From positions 8,613 to 72,612 of the forward strand of contig CAZEJY010000006.1 of the NCBI GenBank assembly GCA_964512705.1: a stretch of DNA of 64,000 nucleotides, given 5' to 3'. This document shows, piece by piece, positions 27,365 to 36,444 of the stretch (the stretch's first letter is position 1; each line of letters opens with the position of its first letter). This DNA is from an uncultured Sangeribacter sp. Lineage in GTDB: Bacteria > Bacteroidota > Bacteroidia > Bacteroidales > Muribaculaceae. The position numbers and the translations under genes are program-made. A model generated the notes under the pieces. That model was given only the letters and a program-made list of their open reading frames with translations. It did no database searches and was not told the origin of the DNA.

Positions 27365-27673
27365 TTAGCGTTTCATGTTTATGCGAGTTGGATGAGTTCT
27401 ACCCCATTTCTCTTCCCATGCGTCTTTTGCTTTCTCTATTTCCAGATAATCATCAAGAGTAAGTTTATAACAACCTTTTGCCATCCGTTTTATTTTCCTT
27501 TTTTCTTTTATCTTTTTAATATAAGGAAGTATAAATTTTTCTTTAATTAGATAACATCCCAACCATATTAAACCATAAGCGACACATGACAATAGAATTA
27601 CAATCCATATCTCGGGCATGATCATTGTCATCATGACAACAATTAATATCATCCAGACATAAATTCCAATCAT
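27365..27673 (-). CDS. Hypothetical small membrane protein (102 aa)
   Basis: Hydrophobic N-terminal half, Lys-rich C-terminal half, AT-rich. Confidence 0.65.
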   Translation of the reverse strand: MIGIYVWMILIVVMMTMIMPEIWIVILLSCVAYGLIWLGCYLIKEKFILPYIKKIKEKRKIKRMAKGCYKLTLDDYLEIEKAKDAWEEKWGRTHPTRINMKR

Positions 27674-27819
27674 AATAATAAGCTTTTATCCCGTAAAGAT
27701 AATAAATACTTTTGGTTTCTCAATTTTACTTTTGCAGAATAAAATTTTGAACGGAAAGAAAGCAATAGGAAGGAACGGGAACTTGCTTTTACATGTTTTC
27801 TCTGAATGAATATAAATCG

Positions 27820-27863
27820 GAACTGCACCCGAAAGTTCGAATTGAGCTTTTCGGGTGCAGTTC
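27820..27863. repeat. GAACTGCACCCGAAA hairpin (IS3-end-like; probable terminator of the C10 protease)
   Basis: Perfect 15 bp arms gaactgcacccgaaa / tttcgggtgcagttc. Confidence 0.7.
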
Positions 27864-27887
27864 TCTAATGACTTATTATTTTATATT

Positions 27888-30203
27888 TCAGCGGACGTAG
27901 ACTTTGCTTCCGTTGATGATGTAGATTCCGGGGGTGGTAATGGATTTCACCGGCATACCATTGAGGTTGTAGATAATTTCCTGCGTAGGTTCTCCTGAAA
28001 TCTCTGAGACAGAGGAAGATTCGCGCTCTATACGGAAACGAATAAGCTTTGATAACATATTATCCCCCTCATAAATTCCGGCAAGATACTCTCCATCTTT
28101 AAGTGAGGTTAGATCTGCCGTAATTACAAATTCCTTGGATTCACCGGATAGCAGATATTCACGGTCAGAGGATTTTGAATATACATCCCTTCCTCCGTCA
28201 CCCGGGAAGATGAATAATTGCAAAGAACCGAAGTAGGCACCCGATTCACAATCTACCTTGAAGGCAAAATTCACCGATTCCGGAGTCTTAACAGGCTCAG
28301 TACCCTCTACCTTAAAATCAGATACGCTTATTTTAGTATCTTCGGTCATTATTTCAACTTTGACCGTTATGGGCGCGCTGACGTCTTTGCCGGTGTTATC
28401 CCTGAAGACTAATGTATAATTCCCTGCCGGAAATTCCTGATCTTTCTCTGCTGTGAAATCACCTATGTAATCAGCTATCTCCTGACGTTCTTCTCCCAAG
28501 ATATCAACCGGACGGAATTTGGATTTTGCCACAACCGTTCCTACCGAATCAAGAAGAGTCGGAGTTACAGTACCGTAAAATTCATCCGTGCTTGTATTCC
28601 TGACATTAAAGGGCATAGGGAATTCACGATCGCGATAAATTACAGATGGGAGTTTAATTTCCTCAACATTGACAACAGCTCCGGTTTCATTTTTCAGCTC
28701 AGCTATTTTATCCTGAACTACAGCAACAACTCGTGAGGGATAGCCAACTGGCATTCTGACGTCTAACCATTTCCCATCGGCATAAAGAGCCGGAGTTATA
28801 TAATACGTACCATCTGGCAGCTCCGGGAATCGAACCTGAATATTCTCCCTACCATATTCCGGACGATACCCATCAACACTCGGTCCATCCATATACTTCA
28901 CCTCTTTACCATCTGCAGAAGTGAACTTCAAACCAAGTCGTGAGTCCTTGGGCATCGTTGATAAGCTGTAATTATAGTATAGACCTTTGCAACTGAAGTC
29001 CTCTCCCGCTTTCACAGTCTTGGCATCTGTCTGGAATGCCTCGACGTTGTACATTATATACACCGGTTTATCTCCTGTCTGAGGGAGACGCATCCCAAGT
29101 GTAGCTACCTGACTCAAATTGAATCCTCCGGCACCTCCGCCAACGCCAAGATCATCGGGATTCAGAGCTGTCAGCAGGAAATAACCATTGCTCAATCCAC
29201 CCCAACCCCAGTTGAAATGGAAATAACCGTCAGAACTGTAGCCATCGCATATAAACTGATGTCCACCGGCTGTTCCGGCACCACTATAGAGCACAGGTAG
29301 TCCTTGTGCAAGATCGGCATAAATCATCTCTTCCCATTCATCGTAGCCATAAAAAACACGATTAGGCATCCATAAAGATGGTGAATAATCAAATATATTA
29401 ATCAATGATTCCCCCATCACTGTAGTTGCCGCGCCACTTTCTCCCGGCTCGTAGTGCATATCCACACTCACTCCACAAGCAAGCATAAGTTGTGCAACAG
29501 CGTGCTTTGAATCCTCCGAACTTTTGGAATCATACCTATCGGTCATCAGGTTCCATTGGAAAGGTGTATTCTCATAATCAAAAGTAAGCTCCTCCTCACC
29601 CGGACGCCAGAAATAGGAATGGCTCCCCTTTCCGTGAGCGGGGTAATTATAAAATTTCATAGCCTGAGCCATTGCAGTAGCAACACAACCAGTCACGGTT
29701 TCTTTACCATCTACCTTCGGACACAATTCATTATACGGTCCCTCTTGATTCCACTCCGTCTGAATCAACGGTTTAATTTCAGCCCTGTTCTTATGCGTTG
29801 CAACTCGACTTTGTGAAGCCGTGACGCCTTTGGATTTCAAATATTGCAATTCACTGTTGTAATACTCCATCCAATACGCCAAGGCGGGATTGGCGTCAGT
29901 ATCGAAACTTCCGAAATCAGAATAAGCAAGAAGTGCAGGAGCGGCATCATCGTCAGGAAGCACAACGAATCCTTCTCCTTTAGAAAAGACATATAGATTA
30001 CCTATAGTAGATTCATGTTTAAAAGACTGCGCGCCATCCCTCAGTATTGGATTCTGAACGGATTTCGCCTTCAATTGTCGCGAATTCTGTAAACGGTTCA
30101 GGGCTTGTTCCGGCGTTAAATCTGCTGCCCAACCGAACGAAACGGATGCAAAAACTGCAACTAATAGGGGTAGAATGTTTTTCATAGGCTTAATGGGTTT
30201 CAT
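27888..30203 (-). CDS. C10 family cysteine protease (streptopain/interpain-like) with short T9SS-like C-terminal domain
   Basis: Signal peptide, propeptide, WNQEGPYN, TGCVATAMAQ, GGHQFICDGY, HFNWGWGG; C-terminal IYNLNG...GIYIINGSKVYVR. Confidence 0.92.
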   Translation of the reverse strand: MKPIKPMKNILPLLVAVFASVSFGWAADLTPEQALNRLQNSRQLKAKSVQNPILRDGAQSFKHESTIGNLYVFSKGEGFVVLPDDDAAPALLAYSDFGSFDTDANPALAYWMEYYNSELQYLKSKGVTASQSRVATHKNRAEIKPLIQTEWNQEGPYNELCPKVDGKETVTGCVATAMAQAMKFYNYPAHGKGSHSYFWRPGEEELTFDYENTPFQWNLMTDRYDSKSSEDSKHAVAQLMLACGVSVDMHYEPGESGAATTVMGESLINIFDYSPSLWMPNRVFYGYDEWEEMIYADLAQGLPVLYSGAGTAGGHQFICDGYSSDGYFHFNWGWGGLSNGYFLLTALNPDDLGVGGGAGGFNLSQVATLGMRLPQTGDKPVYIMYNVEAFQTDAKTVKAGEDFSCKGLYYNYSLSTMPKDSRLGLKFTSADGKEVKYMDGPSVDGYRPEYGRENIQVRFPELPDGTYYITPALYADGKWLDVRMPVGYPSRVVAVVQDKIAELKNETGAVVNVEEIKLPSVIYRDREFPMPFNVRNTSTDEFYGTVTPTLLDSVGTVVAKSKFRPVDILGEERQEIADYIGDFTAEKDQEFPAGNYTLVFRDNTGKDVSAPITVKVEIMTEDTKISVSDFKVEGTEPVKTPESVNFAFKVDCESGAYFGSLQLFIFPGDGGRDVYSKSSDREYLLSGESKEFVITADLTSLKDGEYLAGIYEGDNMLSKLIRFRIERESSSVSEISGEPTQEIIYNLNGMPVKSITTPGIYIINGSKVYVR

Positions 30204-30221
30204 AAGTTTAATATTGCGGTA

Positions 30222-30416
30222 TAAGTAGCTTCTAAAAATTAACTATATGATAAAAATATTAAGTAGCCTTTCAGGTGAATATATCCTTGCTCGTCTTTTA
30301 GGTATATTTTTAACTTTCAATCAGTCGTTTAGCCTGCTAAACTCCATCATTCAAGTGAAAAATATCCTCTAAAATACTTCACAATTATATATTCATTAAT
30401 TTTTATCAGCTACTTA
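30222..30416 (-). mobile_element. ~195 bp fold-back MITE-like element, copy 1
   Basis: Imperfect terminal inverted repeats taagtagcttctaaaaattaa / ttaatttttatcagctactta; reverse complement closely matches 32981-33176. Confidence 0.8.
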
Positions 30417-30512
30417 CAAATTAAACAAATAAATAGCCTAAAGTTCACAAATGCAATAACTAAAAATAAAGTTACGCCCCAGACGTGCCGTTATCACACA
30501 CCCGAAAATAAC

Positions 30513-30547
30513 AAAAGGATGATCCTTATCACAAGGAACATCCTTTT
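30513..30547 (-). terminator. Terminator of the 30587-31228 gene
   Basis: aaaaggatgatcctt / aaggaacatcctttt. Confidence 0.65.
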
Positions 30548-30586
30548 ATAATACTAATCTCTAATACCTAATCTATTTAAATCTAT

Positions 30587-31228
30587 TTATGAATTTGCTT
30601 GTGGAGCCTTTGCACCGGGGCGACCCTGAAAACCTTTCATTCCCTTGCCACCTTTAATGCCTTTAGCACCCTTTACGCCCTTAGGACCGTGAGCTACTGC
30701 ACGATGTGATGGATTGTTGATGAAATAGTTCTGAAGGAATTTCACATATTGATCGCTATCAAGAATCTCACTCATATCCTTAAGATACTTTGCGCGAAGT
30801 TCATTTTTTGCCTGATGCATTTTTGCCCTTGCCTCTTTAGACTGCTTCAAAGCTTCAGCTTTTGCTTCCTTGGAGTCCTTCTGAACATCTGCTTTAGCGA
30901 TTTTGCTATCTTTCTGAGCTTTTACCATCTCCTGACGTGAAAGACGCATACCTTCATTCAGCGCTTTAATTTTAGCCTGCTGTGCATCGGAAAGAACTAT
31001 ACCTTCGAAGAGAGCAGCCTGTTTTGCACCCTTATCTCTCTGCTGCTTGAACTTTCCATCTTTTTTACCTTTGCAACAATCTTTCTTATCCTTGCAATCT
31101 TTATTATCTTTGCACTCTTTCTTCACACACTCCTTTTTATTGCATTCCTGAGACTGAGTCTGAGCGAAAGAGGTGAATGATGTTCCTAACATTGTCAAAA
31201 ACGCTAACCCTAAAATTGTCTTTTTCAT
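30587..31228 (-). CDS. Secreted Lys-rich helical protein (Spy/CpxP-like periplasmic protein)
   Basis: Signal peptide, Cys/Lys-rich N-terminus, LFEGIVLSDAQQAKI and ILDSDQYVKF (LTxxQ-like motifs). Confidence 0.65.
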   Translation of the reverse strand: MKKTILGLAFLTMLGTSFTSFAQTQSQECNKKECVKKECKDNKDCKDKKDCCKGKKDGKFKQQRDKGAKQAALFEGIVLSDAQQAKIKALNEGMRLSRQEMVKAQKDSKIAKADVQKDSKEAKAEALKQSKEARAKMHQAKNELRAKYLKDMSEILDSDQYVKFLQNYFINNPSHRAVAHGPKGVKGAKGIKGGKGMKGFQGRPGAKAPQANS

Positions 31229-31359
31229 TTCAAATAATTTTTTACGATTATAAATTTGTTTCTTTTACTATAACTTTTTGTTTCTTTTTCGTAACTTTGA
31301 CTTATAAAACAATCCAAAGTTTAAACAAAAGCTGAATTTTAACTTAATTTTAGAGATTT

Positions 31360-32769
31360 ATGCGTCCCCTTTCACGCTACACACTATTGTCTATATTGCT
31401 TTGTAGCAATTCATTAAATTTTGTTTATGCTGCAAAAGATGATAAAGGTATTAACACTTCTAAACTTCAGGAACTTCGCCAATCATACCAATGCGATGGA
31501 TCTACCAAAGCTCTGAGAAATGCTTTGAACGGTACTGATATCGACAAAATAGCTAAAAATCCTGATGCTGCAGAAAATTTTGATACCCATTTCTCACATA
31601 AAGTTAAAAGCAAGGGAATCACAGACCAAAAATCATCGGGGCGCTGCTGGCTCTTTACCGGTCTTAATGTGCTTCGCGCTCAAATGATGGCAAAACACGA
31701 CCTTCCGGAATTGGAGCTTTCCCAAAACTATAACTTCTTTTATGACCAGCTCGAGAAAGCCAATCTATTTCTTCAAGGTGTAATTGATTATGCCGACAGA
31801 CCGGCAGACGACAAGATGGTTGACTGGCTGTTCGCCAATCCCCTCAGTGATGGAGGTCAATACACCGGGCTTTCTGATAATATTATGAAATATGGAGTGG
31901 TTCCGGCTGAGGTGATGCATGAATCATTCACTTCCAACAATACGGCAAAGATGCGTCGCCTCCTATCACTCAAACTTAGAGAGGATGGTTTGGAATTACG
32001 TAAGATGTACGCTGACAAAGCATCAGAAAATGAGATTCAGGCCCGCAAGACTGAGATGCTTAAAGAGATATATCGAATGCTTGCCCTTACACTTGGAGAA
32101 CCTCCGACAGAATTCACATTTAATAGAAAGAATAAAAAAGGTGAGATCATAGAAAGTCGCAAGTATACTCCACAGGAATTCTACAAAACTTTTGCAGGGA
32201 ATGATCTGAAGAATGATTACGTGATGTTGATGAATGATCCGACTCGCGAATATCATAAGGTATATGAGATTGACTACGACCGTCACTCCTATGATGGAGA
32301 AAACTGGAAATATATCAATCTGCCGATTGAGGAAATAAAGGACATAGCTATCAAGTCCATCAAAGACAGCACCATGATGTATTTCTCATGTGATGTTGCA
32401 AAAAGCTACGACCGAGACAGAGGTGTACTTGATGTCGACAACTTCGATTACGAGTCACTGTTGGGTGTCAAGTTCGGGATGGACAAGGCTGATAGAATAC
32501 GTACCCATGCCAGCGGTAGCTCCCATGCCATGACACTTATGGCTGTCGATCTTGACAAGGATGGCAAGCCTAAAAAATGGATGGTTGAGAATAGTTGGGG
32601 AAAGGGTCCTAACGATGGACACTTGATCATGACTGATAAATGGTTTGATGAATATATGTTCCGTCTGGTAGCAAATAAAAAGTACTTGAAACCTGAAACC
32701 CTCAAGTTACTTAATCAGAAGCCTATCTTGCTGCCCGCATGGGATCCGATGTTCATCTCTGAAGAATAA
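31360..32769 (+). CDS. pepC: Aminopeptidase C / bleomycin hydrolase (C1B), secreted
   Basis: DQKSSGRCWLF, SHAMTL, VENSWG; signal peptide; TAACTTTG -7 element at 31292. Confidence 0.92.
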   Translation: MRPLSRYTLLSILLCSNSLNFVYAAKDDKGINTSKLQELRQSYQCDGSTKALRNALNGTDIDKIAKNPDAAENFDTHFSHKVKSKGITDQKSSGRCWLFTGLNVLRAQMMAKHDLPELELSQNYNFFYDQLEKANLFLQGVIDYADRPADDKMVDWLFANPLSDGGQYTGLSDNIMKYGVVPAEVMHESFTSNNTAKMRRLLSLKLREDGLELRKMYADKASENEIQARKTEMLKEIYRMLALTLGEPPTEFTFNRKNKKGEIIESRKYTPQEFYKTFAGNDLKNDYVMLMNDPTREYHKVYEIDYDRHSYDGENWKYINLPIEEIKDIAIKSIKDSTMMYFSCDVAKSYDRDRGVLDVDNFDYESLLGVKFGMDKADRIRTHASGSSHAMTLMAVDLDKDGKPKKWMVENSWGKGPNDGHLIMTDKWFDEYMFRLVANKKYLKPETLKLLNQKPILLPAWDPMFISEE

Positions 32770-32932
32770 TGCTCAATACATAATGCATAATGCATAATGC
32801 ACAATTCACATTGCACAATGCACAATTCATATTGCACAATGCACAATTCATATTGCACAATGCACAATTCATAATGCACAATGCATAATGCTCAATTCAC
32901 AATGCACAATGCACAATTCATAATGCACAATT
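32768..32932. repeat. Heptamer tandem array (AATGCAC/AATTCAT/ATTGCAC variants), 23 units
   Basis: Read directly; starts in the pepC stop codon; 21-bp higher-order period in the middle. Confidence 0.95.
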
Positions 32933-32980
32933 ATCTACTCTCTCCTTGCTCCCTCTCCTTTCAATTAATATAAGGTCTGT

Positions 32981-33176
32981 TAAGTAGCTGACAAAAATTA
33001 ATGAATATATAATTGTGAAGAATTTTTAGGGATATTTTTTACTTGATTGATGGAGTTTAGCGGGCTAAACGACTGATTGAAAGTTAAAAATATACCAAAA
33101 AGACGAACAAGGATATATTCACCTGAAAGGCTACTTAATAATAAACACCATATAGTTAATTTTTAGAAGCTACTTA
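32981..33176 (+). mobile_element. ~196 bp fold-back MITE-like element, copy 2, with flanking duplication
   Basis: Ends taagtagctgacaaaaattaa / ttaatttttagaagctactta; atataaggtctgt repeated at 32968-32980 and 33177-33189. Confidence 0.85.
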
Positions 33177-33195
33177 ATATAAGGTCTGTATATTT

Positions 33196-33954
33196 ATGAA
33201 TGAAATTAAGTCTGTTTTTAACTATTCAGCGCGCACAGCCTACATTAAATTCCATAACTCAGAAATAGCAAAGCGTGCAAAACCGGGCAACTTCCTTATT
33301 CTTCGGTTTGAAGAGGATGGCCCGAGATTACCCTTCTCAATCATTGACACGGAACCGGAGTCCGGCACTGTTGAGATTATTATCCATAAGGCTGAAGGTC
33401 TCGATGATTTCAAGCCGTTATTGAAAGAGGGTTTGTCATTACCTGATGTGTTAGGACCTTTAGGTAAAGTTCCTGAGATTGATAAAGATAAACGAGTTCT
33501 ATGTTGCGGAGATGGAGCAGGATTTATTCCACTCATGCCTATTATCCGGGAACTTCACAACCGCGGCTGCAACGTGTGGGCTGTGATGACCGAAAGAACG
33601 GAAAAAATTTCATGTATCTCGGATGAAGTTGAGAGCTATTGTGATCGCGTCATACTTGCCCCCGACAATGGACTTTATGAAATCCTAAAGAGGGAGATAG
33701 AAACTAACGGGATTGAAAAGATCTGGATGTCCGGACCCTCCGATTTGCTCAAGGAGATAACAAAGGTTGCGGATGATCTTGACATTGAAGCGGACTGTAT
33801 CCTCAATATGATTATGATTGATGGTATCGGTTTATGTGGCACATGTCGAGTTATCGTGGATGGCAAACGTCTGCAGACCTGTATTGACGGACCGGTCTTC
33901 GATGCCCGGAAAGTAGATTTCAATCAATTGTTGAACCGACAAAGACTCTTCTAA
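33196..33954 (+). CDS. FAD/NAD-binding 2Fe-2S subunit (NfnA/SudB/PyrK-like)
   Basis: AKPGNFLILR, GPLG, MIDGIGLCGTCRV...CIDGPVF cluster motif. Confidence 0.88.
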   Translation: MNEIKSVFNYSARTAYIKFHNSEIAKRAKPGNFLILRFEEDGPRLPFSIIDTEPESGTVEIIIHKAEGLDDFKPLLKEGLSLPDVLGPLGKVPEIDKDKRVLCCGDGAGFIPLMPIIRELHNRGCNVWAVMTERTEKISCISDEVESYCDRVILAPDNGLYEILKREIETNGIEKIWMSGPSDLLKEITKVADDLDIEADCILNMIMIDGIGLCGTCRVIVDGKRLQTCIDGPVFDARKVDFNQLLNRQRLF

Positions 33955-35420
33955 TGACAACAGATAGAAACGAACAATGGCGCGTTGAACTCCGCAACTC
34001 AATACCGGTGAAAGAACGCACAGCTATTCCACGTGGAATAATGCCTGAACTTGATCCTTCCTGGCGCATTCATACCGAACGGGAAGTAAACTCGGGATAT
34101 AGCTTGGAGCAAGCAGTGCTCGAAGCTACACGATGTCTTGACTGTCCTGATCCAGGTTGCCGAAAAGGCTGCCCCGTCCACAACGATATTCCCGGATTCA
34201 TTAAGAACTTGGAAAGACGGGATTTCCACGAGGCGATGAGAGTGTTAAACCAGACTACAGTGCTCCCGGCAGTCTGCGGAAGAGTTTGTCCCCAAGAGAA
34301 ACAATGCGAAGCATCCTGTATCTATAATAAGATGAAAAAGCAACCGGTTGCAATCGGGAACTTAGAAAGATTTGTAGCTGATTACGAACGTAATACCGGG
34401 TCACAGTCTGAGATCAGGTGCGATACAACTCCACTGCCGATAAAAGTTGCGGTCATCGGAAGCGGTCCCTCCGGACTCTCATTTGCTGCCGATATGCGCA
34501 GAAAAGGTTACCAGGTAACAGTATTTGAAGCACTACACATGTTTGGAGGTGTACTCAAATATGGAATACCGGAATTCTGCTTACCCAATAAGGTTGTTGA
34601 AAGTGAAATAGATAAACTCCGTAGAATGGGTGTGGAGTTTATCAAGGATTGTTTCGTGGGCAGAAGCATCTCCTACCAAGAACTTCAGGAATCCGGATAT
34701 AAGGGTATTTATGTGGCAACGGGTGCCGGAAAACCTCGTTTCATGGGTATTCCCGGTGAAAACCTTCCCGGTGTCATGACCGCAAATGAATATCTTATTC
34801 GTCTGAACCTACTCGGCCCGGAAGCAATGGGTCGCAATATGATGTCGCTTCGTGGAAAGAATGTTGCCGTGATCGGTGGAGGTAACACCGCCATGGATGC
34901 TGTACGCTATGCCCGACGCATGGGCGCAGAACGCGCTATGATTGTGTACCGACGTGGTACCGATGAAATGCCGGCGCGCCAGGAAGAGATCCGACATGCA
35001 CTTGAAGAGGGTGTTGAATTTCTAACCCTTAGGAATCCTATAAGATATGAGGCGAATGAGAAAGGATTTCTTGATAAGATGATTCTTCAGAAAATGGAAT
35101 TGGGTGAGCCTGATGCATCCGGACGCAGATCACCGGTGGCAATAGATGGTGAGACCGAAGAGATTCCGGTTGATATCGTTGTTGTCAGTGTCGGCTACCT
35201 CCCTAATCCTCCGGAATCAATGCCCTGGCTCGACAAAACATCACAAGGAAGCATTGTCGTTGATGAAGAATCGATGAAATCCTCCTCATCATCTATCTAT
35301 GCCGGTGGCGATATTGTGAGAGGACCGTCTACAGTTATCGTTGCTATGGGCGATGGACGCCGCGCCGCTAAGGCTATGGCTGAGGCTTTTGAAAGAGCGA
35401 TGGAAGGCATTAGTTTATAG
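33954..35420 (+). CDS. GltD-like NADPH flavoprotein (NfnB/SudA-like)
   Basis: RCLDC..CRKGCP, CGRVCPQEKQCE, GSGPSG, GGGNTAMD, AGGDIVRG; translationally coupled (TAATG) to the upstream gene. Confidence 0.9.
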   Translation: MTTDRNEQWRVELRNSIPVKERTAIPRGIMPELDPSWRIHTEREVNSGYSLEQAVLEATRCLDCPDPGCRKGCPVHNDIPGFIKNLERRDFHEAMRVLNQTTVLPAVCGRVCPQEKQCEASCIYNKMKKQPVAIGNLERFVADYERNTGSQSEIRCDTTPLPIKVAVIGSGPSGLSFAADMRRKGYQVTVFEALHMFGGVLKYGIPEFCLPNKVVESEIDKLRRMGVEFIKDCFVGRSISYQELQESGYKGIYVATGAGKPRFMGIPGENLPGVMTANEYLIRLNLLGPEAMGRNMMSLRGKNVAVIGGGNTAMDAVRYARRMGAERAMIVYRRGTDEMPARQEEIRHALEEGVEFLTLRNPIRYEANEKGFLDKMILQKMELGEPDASGRRSPVAIDGETEEIPVDIVVVSVGYLPNPPESMPWLDKTSQGSIVVDEESMKSSSSSIYAGGDIVRGPSTVIVAMGDGRRAAKAMAEAFERAMEGISL

Positions 35421-35454
35421 AGGTGCGTGAGTTAATTACACACTCTACTTTTTA

Positions 35455-36234
35455 TCACACCCCTAAAAGTGCGAACTGATTTAATTCAGGATTAAATTTG
35501 AGATGGGGCGAGGAGAAGTATTGCGCGAAGGCTCCCGAGGATGCTAATTCCTTCTTCGTGCCATAAGCAGAACCTATTCTGCAGTCAAGGAGAAGAAGCT
35601 TGGTTGAAAGGGGAAGAGCCATATTCAGGTCATGAGTAGACTGGATGATAATCTTCCCCTTTTCAGTTGCCAATCGCTTTAATAAAGCCATCAATTCAAC
35701 TTTACTTGGAAAATCGAGAAACGCTGAAGGTTCATCCAACAGGATCAATGGTGTATCTTGAGCCAAAGCCTTTGCTATCATAACCTTCTGATATTCACCA
35801 TCGCTCAAGGAGGATATTTCGCGTTTTGCTAAAGACTCCACTCCAACTAATTCAAGAGAATCCTTAACGATTCTCTTATCCTCCGGCGAAAGATATCCCC
35901 ATCTGCCTGTATATGGACTTCTGCCAAGACCTACAATTTCCTCCACACTCGAAACCATGTTGGAAAGCCGACCGGTCAGAACCACACTCACCATTTTCGA
36001 ACGTTCGGCAGGTGTCATGGTTTCAAATTTGAAATTATCAATGAAAATCTCACCACTTAGAGGCGCAATAAAACCGGCAAGCGTCTTGAGAAATGTAGAT
36101 TTTCCTCCCCCATTACAACCTAACAGAGAAACAAAATCACCATTTTCAAAATATAGATTTAAACCTTTGGAGACAATCTTTTCTCCCTTACCTGTTTTGT
36201 ACCCGGTAGTCAGATTATTGATAGTCAAATTCAT
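35455..36234 (-). CDS. btuD: Cobalamin/iron-chelate ABC transporter ATPase
   Basis: GCNGGGKST, LSDGEYQKV, LLDEP, STHDL; adjacent to the btu operon. Confidence 0.85.
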   Translation of the reverse strand: MNLTINNLTTGYKTGKGEKIVSKGLNLYFENGDFVSLLGCNGGGKSTFLKTLAGFIAPLSGEIFIDNFKFETMTPAERSKMVSVVLTGRLSNMVSSVEEIVGLGRSPYTGRWGYLSPEDKRIVKDSLELVGVESLAKREISSLSDGEYQKVMIAKALAQDTPLILLDEPSAFLDFPSKVELMALLKRLATEKGKIIIQSTHDLNMALPLSTKLLLLDCRIGSAYGTKKELASSGAFAQYFSSPHLKFNPELNQFALLGV

Positions 36235-36345
36235 ATCTTTTTATTCTTGTTGAATTACAATTATGAATGCCATAATTATCGGGTAAAGTTAAAAAATTAT
36301 GTAATTACTGTTGGTTGATATTGGAAAAAAATTTAACTTTGCAAC

Positions 36346-36419
36346 GAATTCATAAAAGGAATGAGGTGAGATTCCTCTACAGTCCCGCTACGGTCATAGT
36401 CCGACCCTTAATGAAGTTC
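36346..36419 (+). promoter_or_regulatory. Cobalamin riboswitch (compact)
   Basis: AAGGAA-TGAGG-TGAGATT-CCTC-TACAGTCCCGCTACGGT...AGTCCGA core; closing stem ttcat..aagg/cctt..atgaa; TAACTTTG -7 element at 36334; directly upstream of btuB. Confidence 0.8.
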
Positions 36420-36444
36420 ACATTTACCAAAGTTTTCTTCGAGG

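Noticed and set aside
25740-27900. Classical tRNA-integrated element with attL/attR
   Set aside because: No integrase, and no second copy of the tRNA 3' end seen by eye
32768-32932. CRISPR array
   Set aside because: Contiguous 7-mers with no unique spacers
33954-35420. True glutamate synthase small subunit
   Set aside because: No gltB nearby; pairing with an FAD/2Fe-2S subunit fits NfnAB/SudAB better
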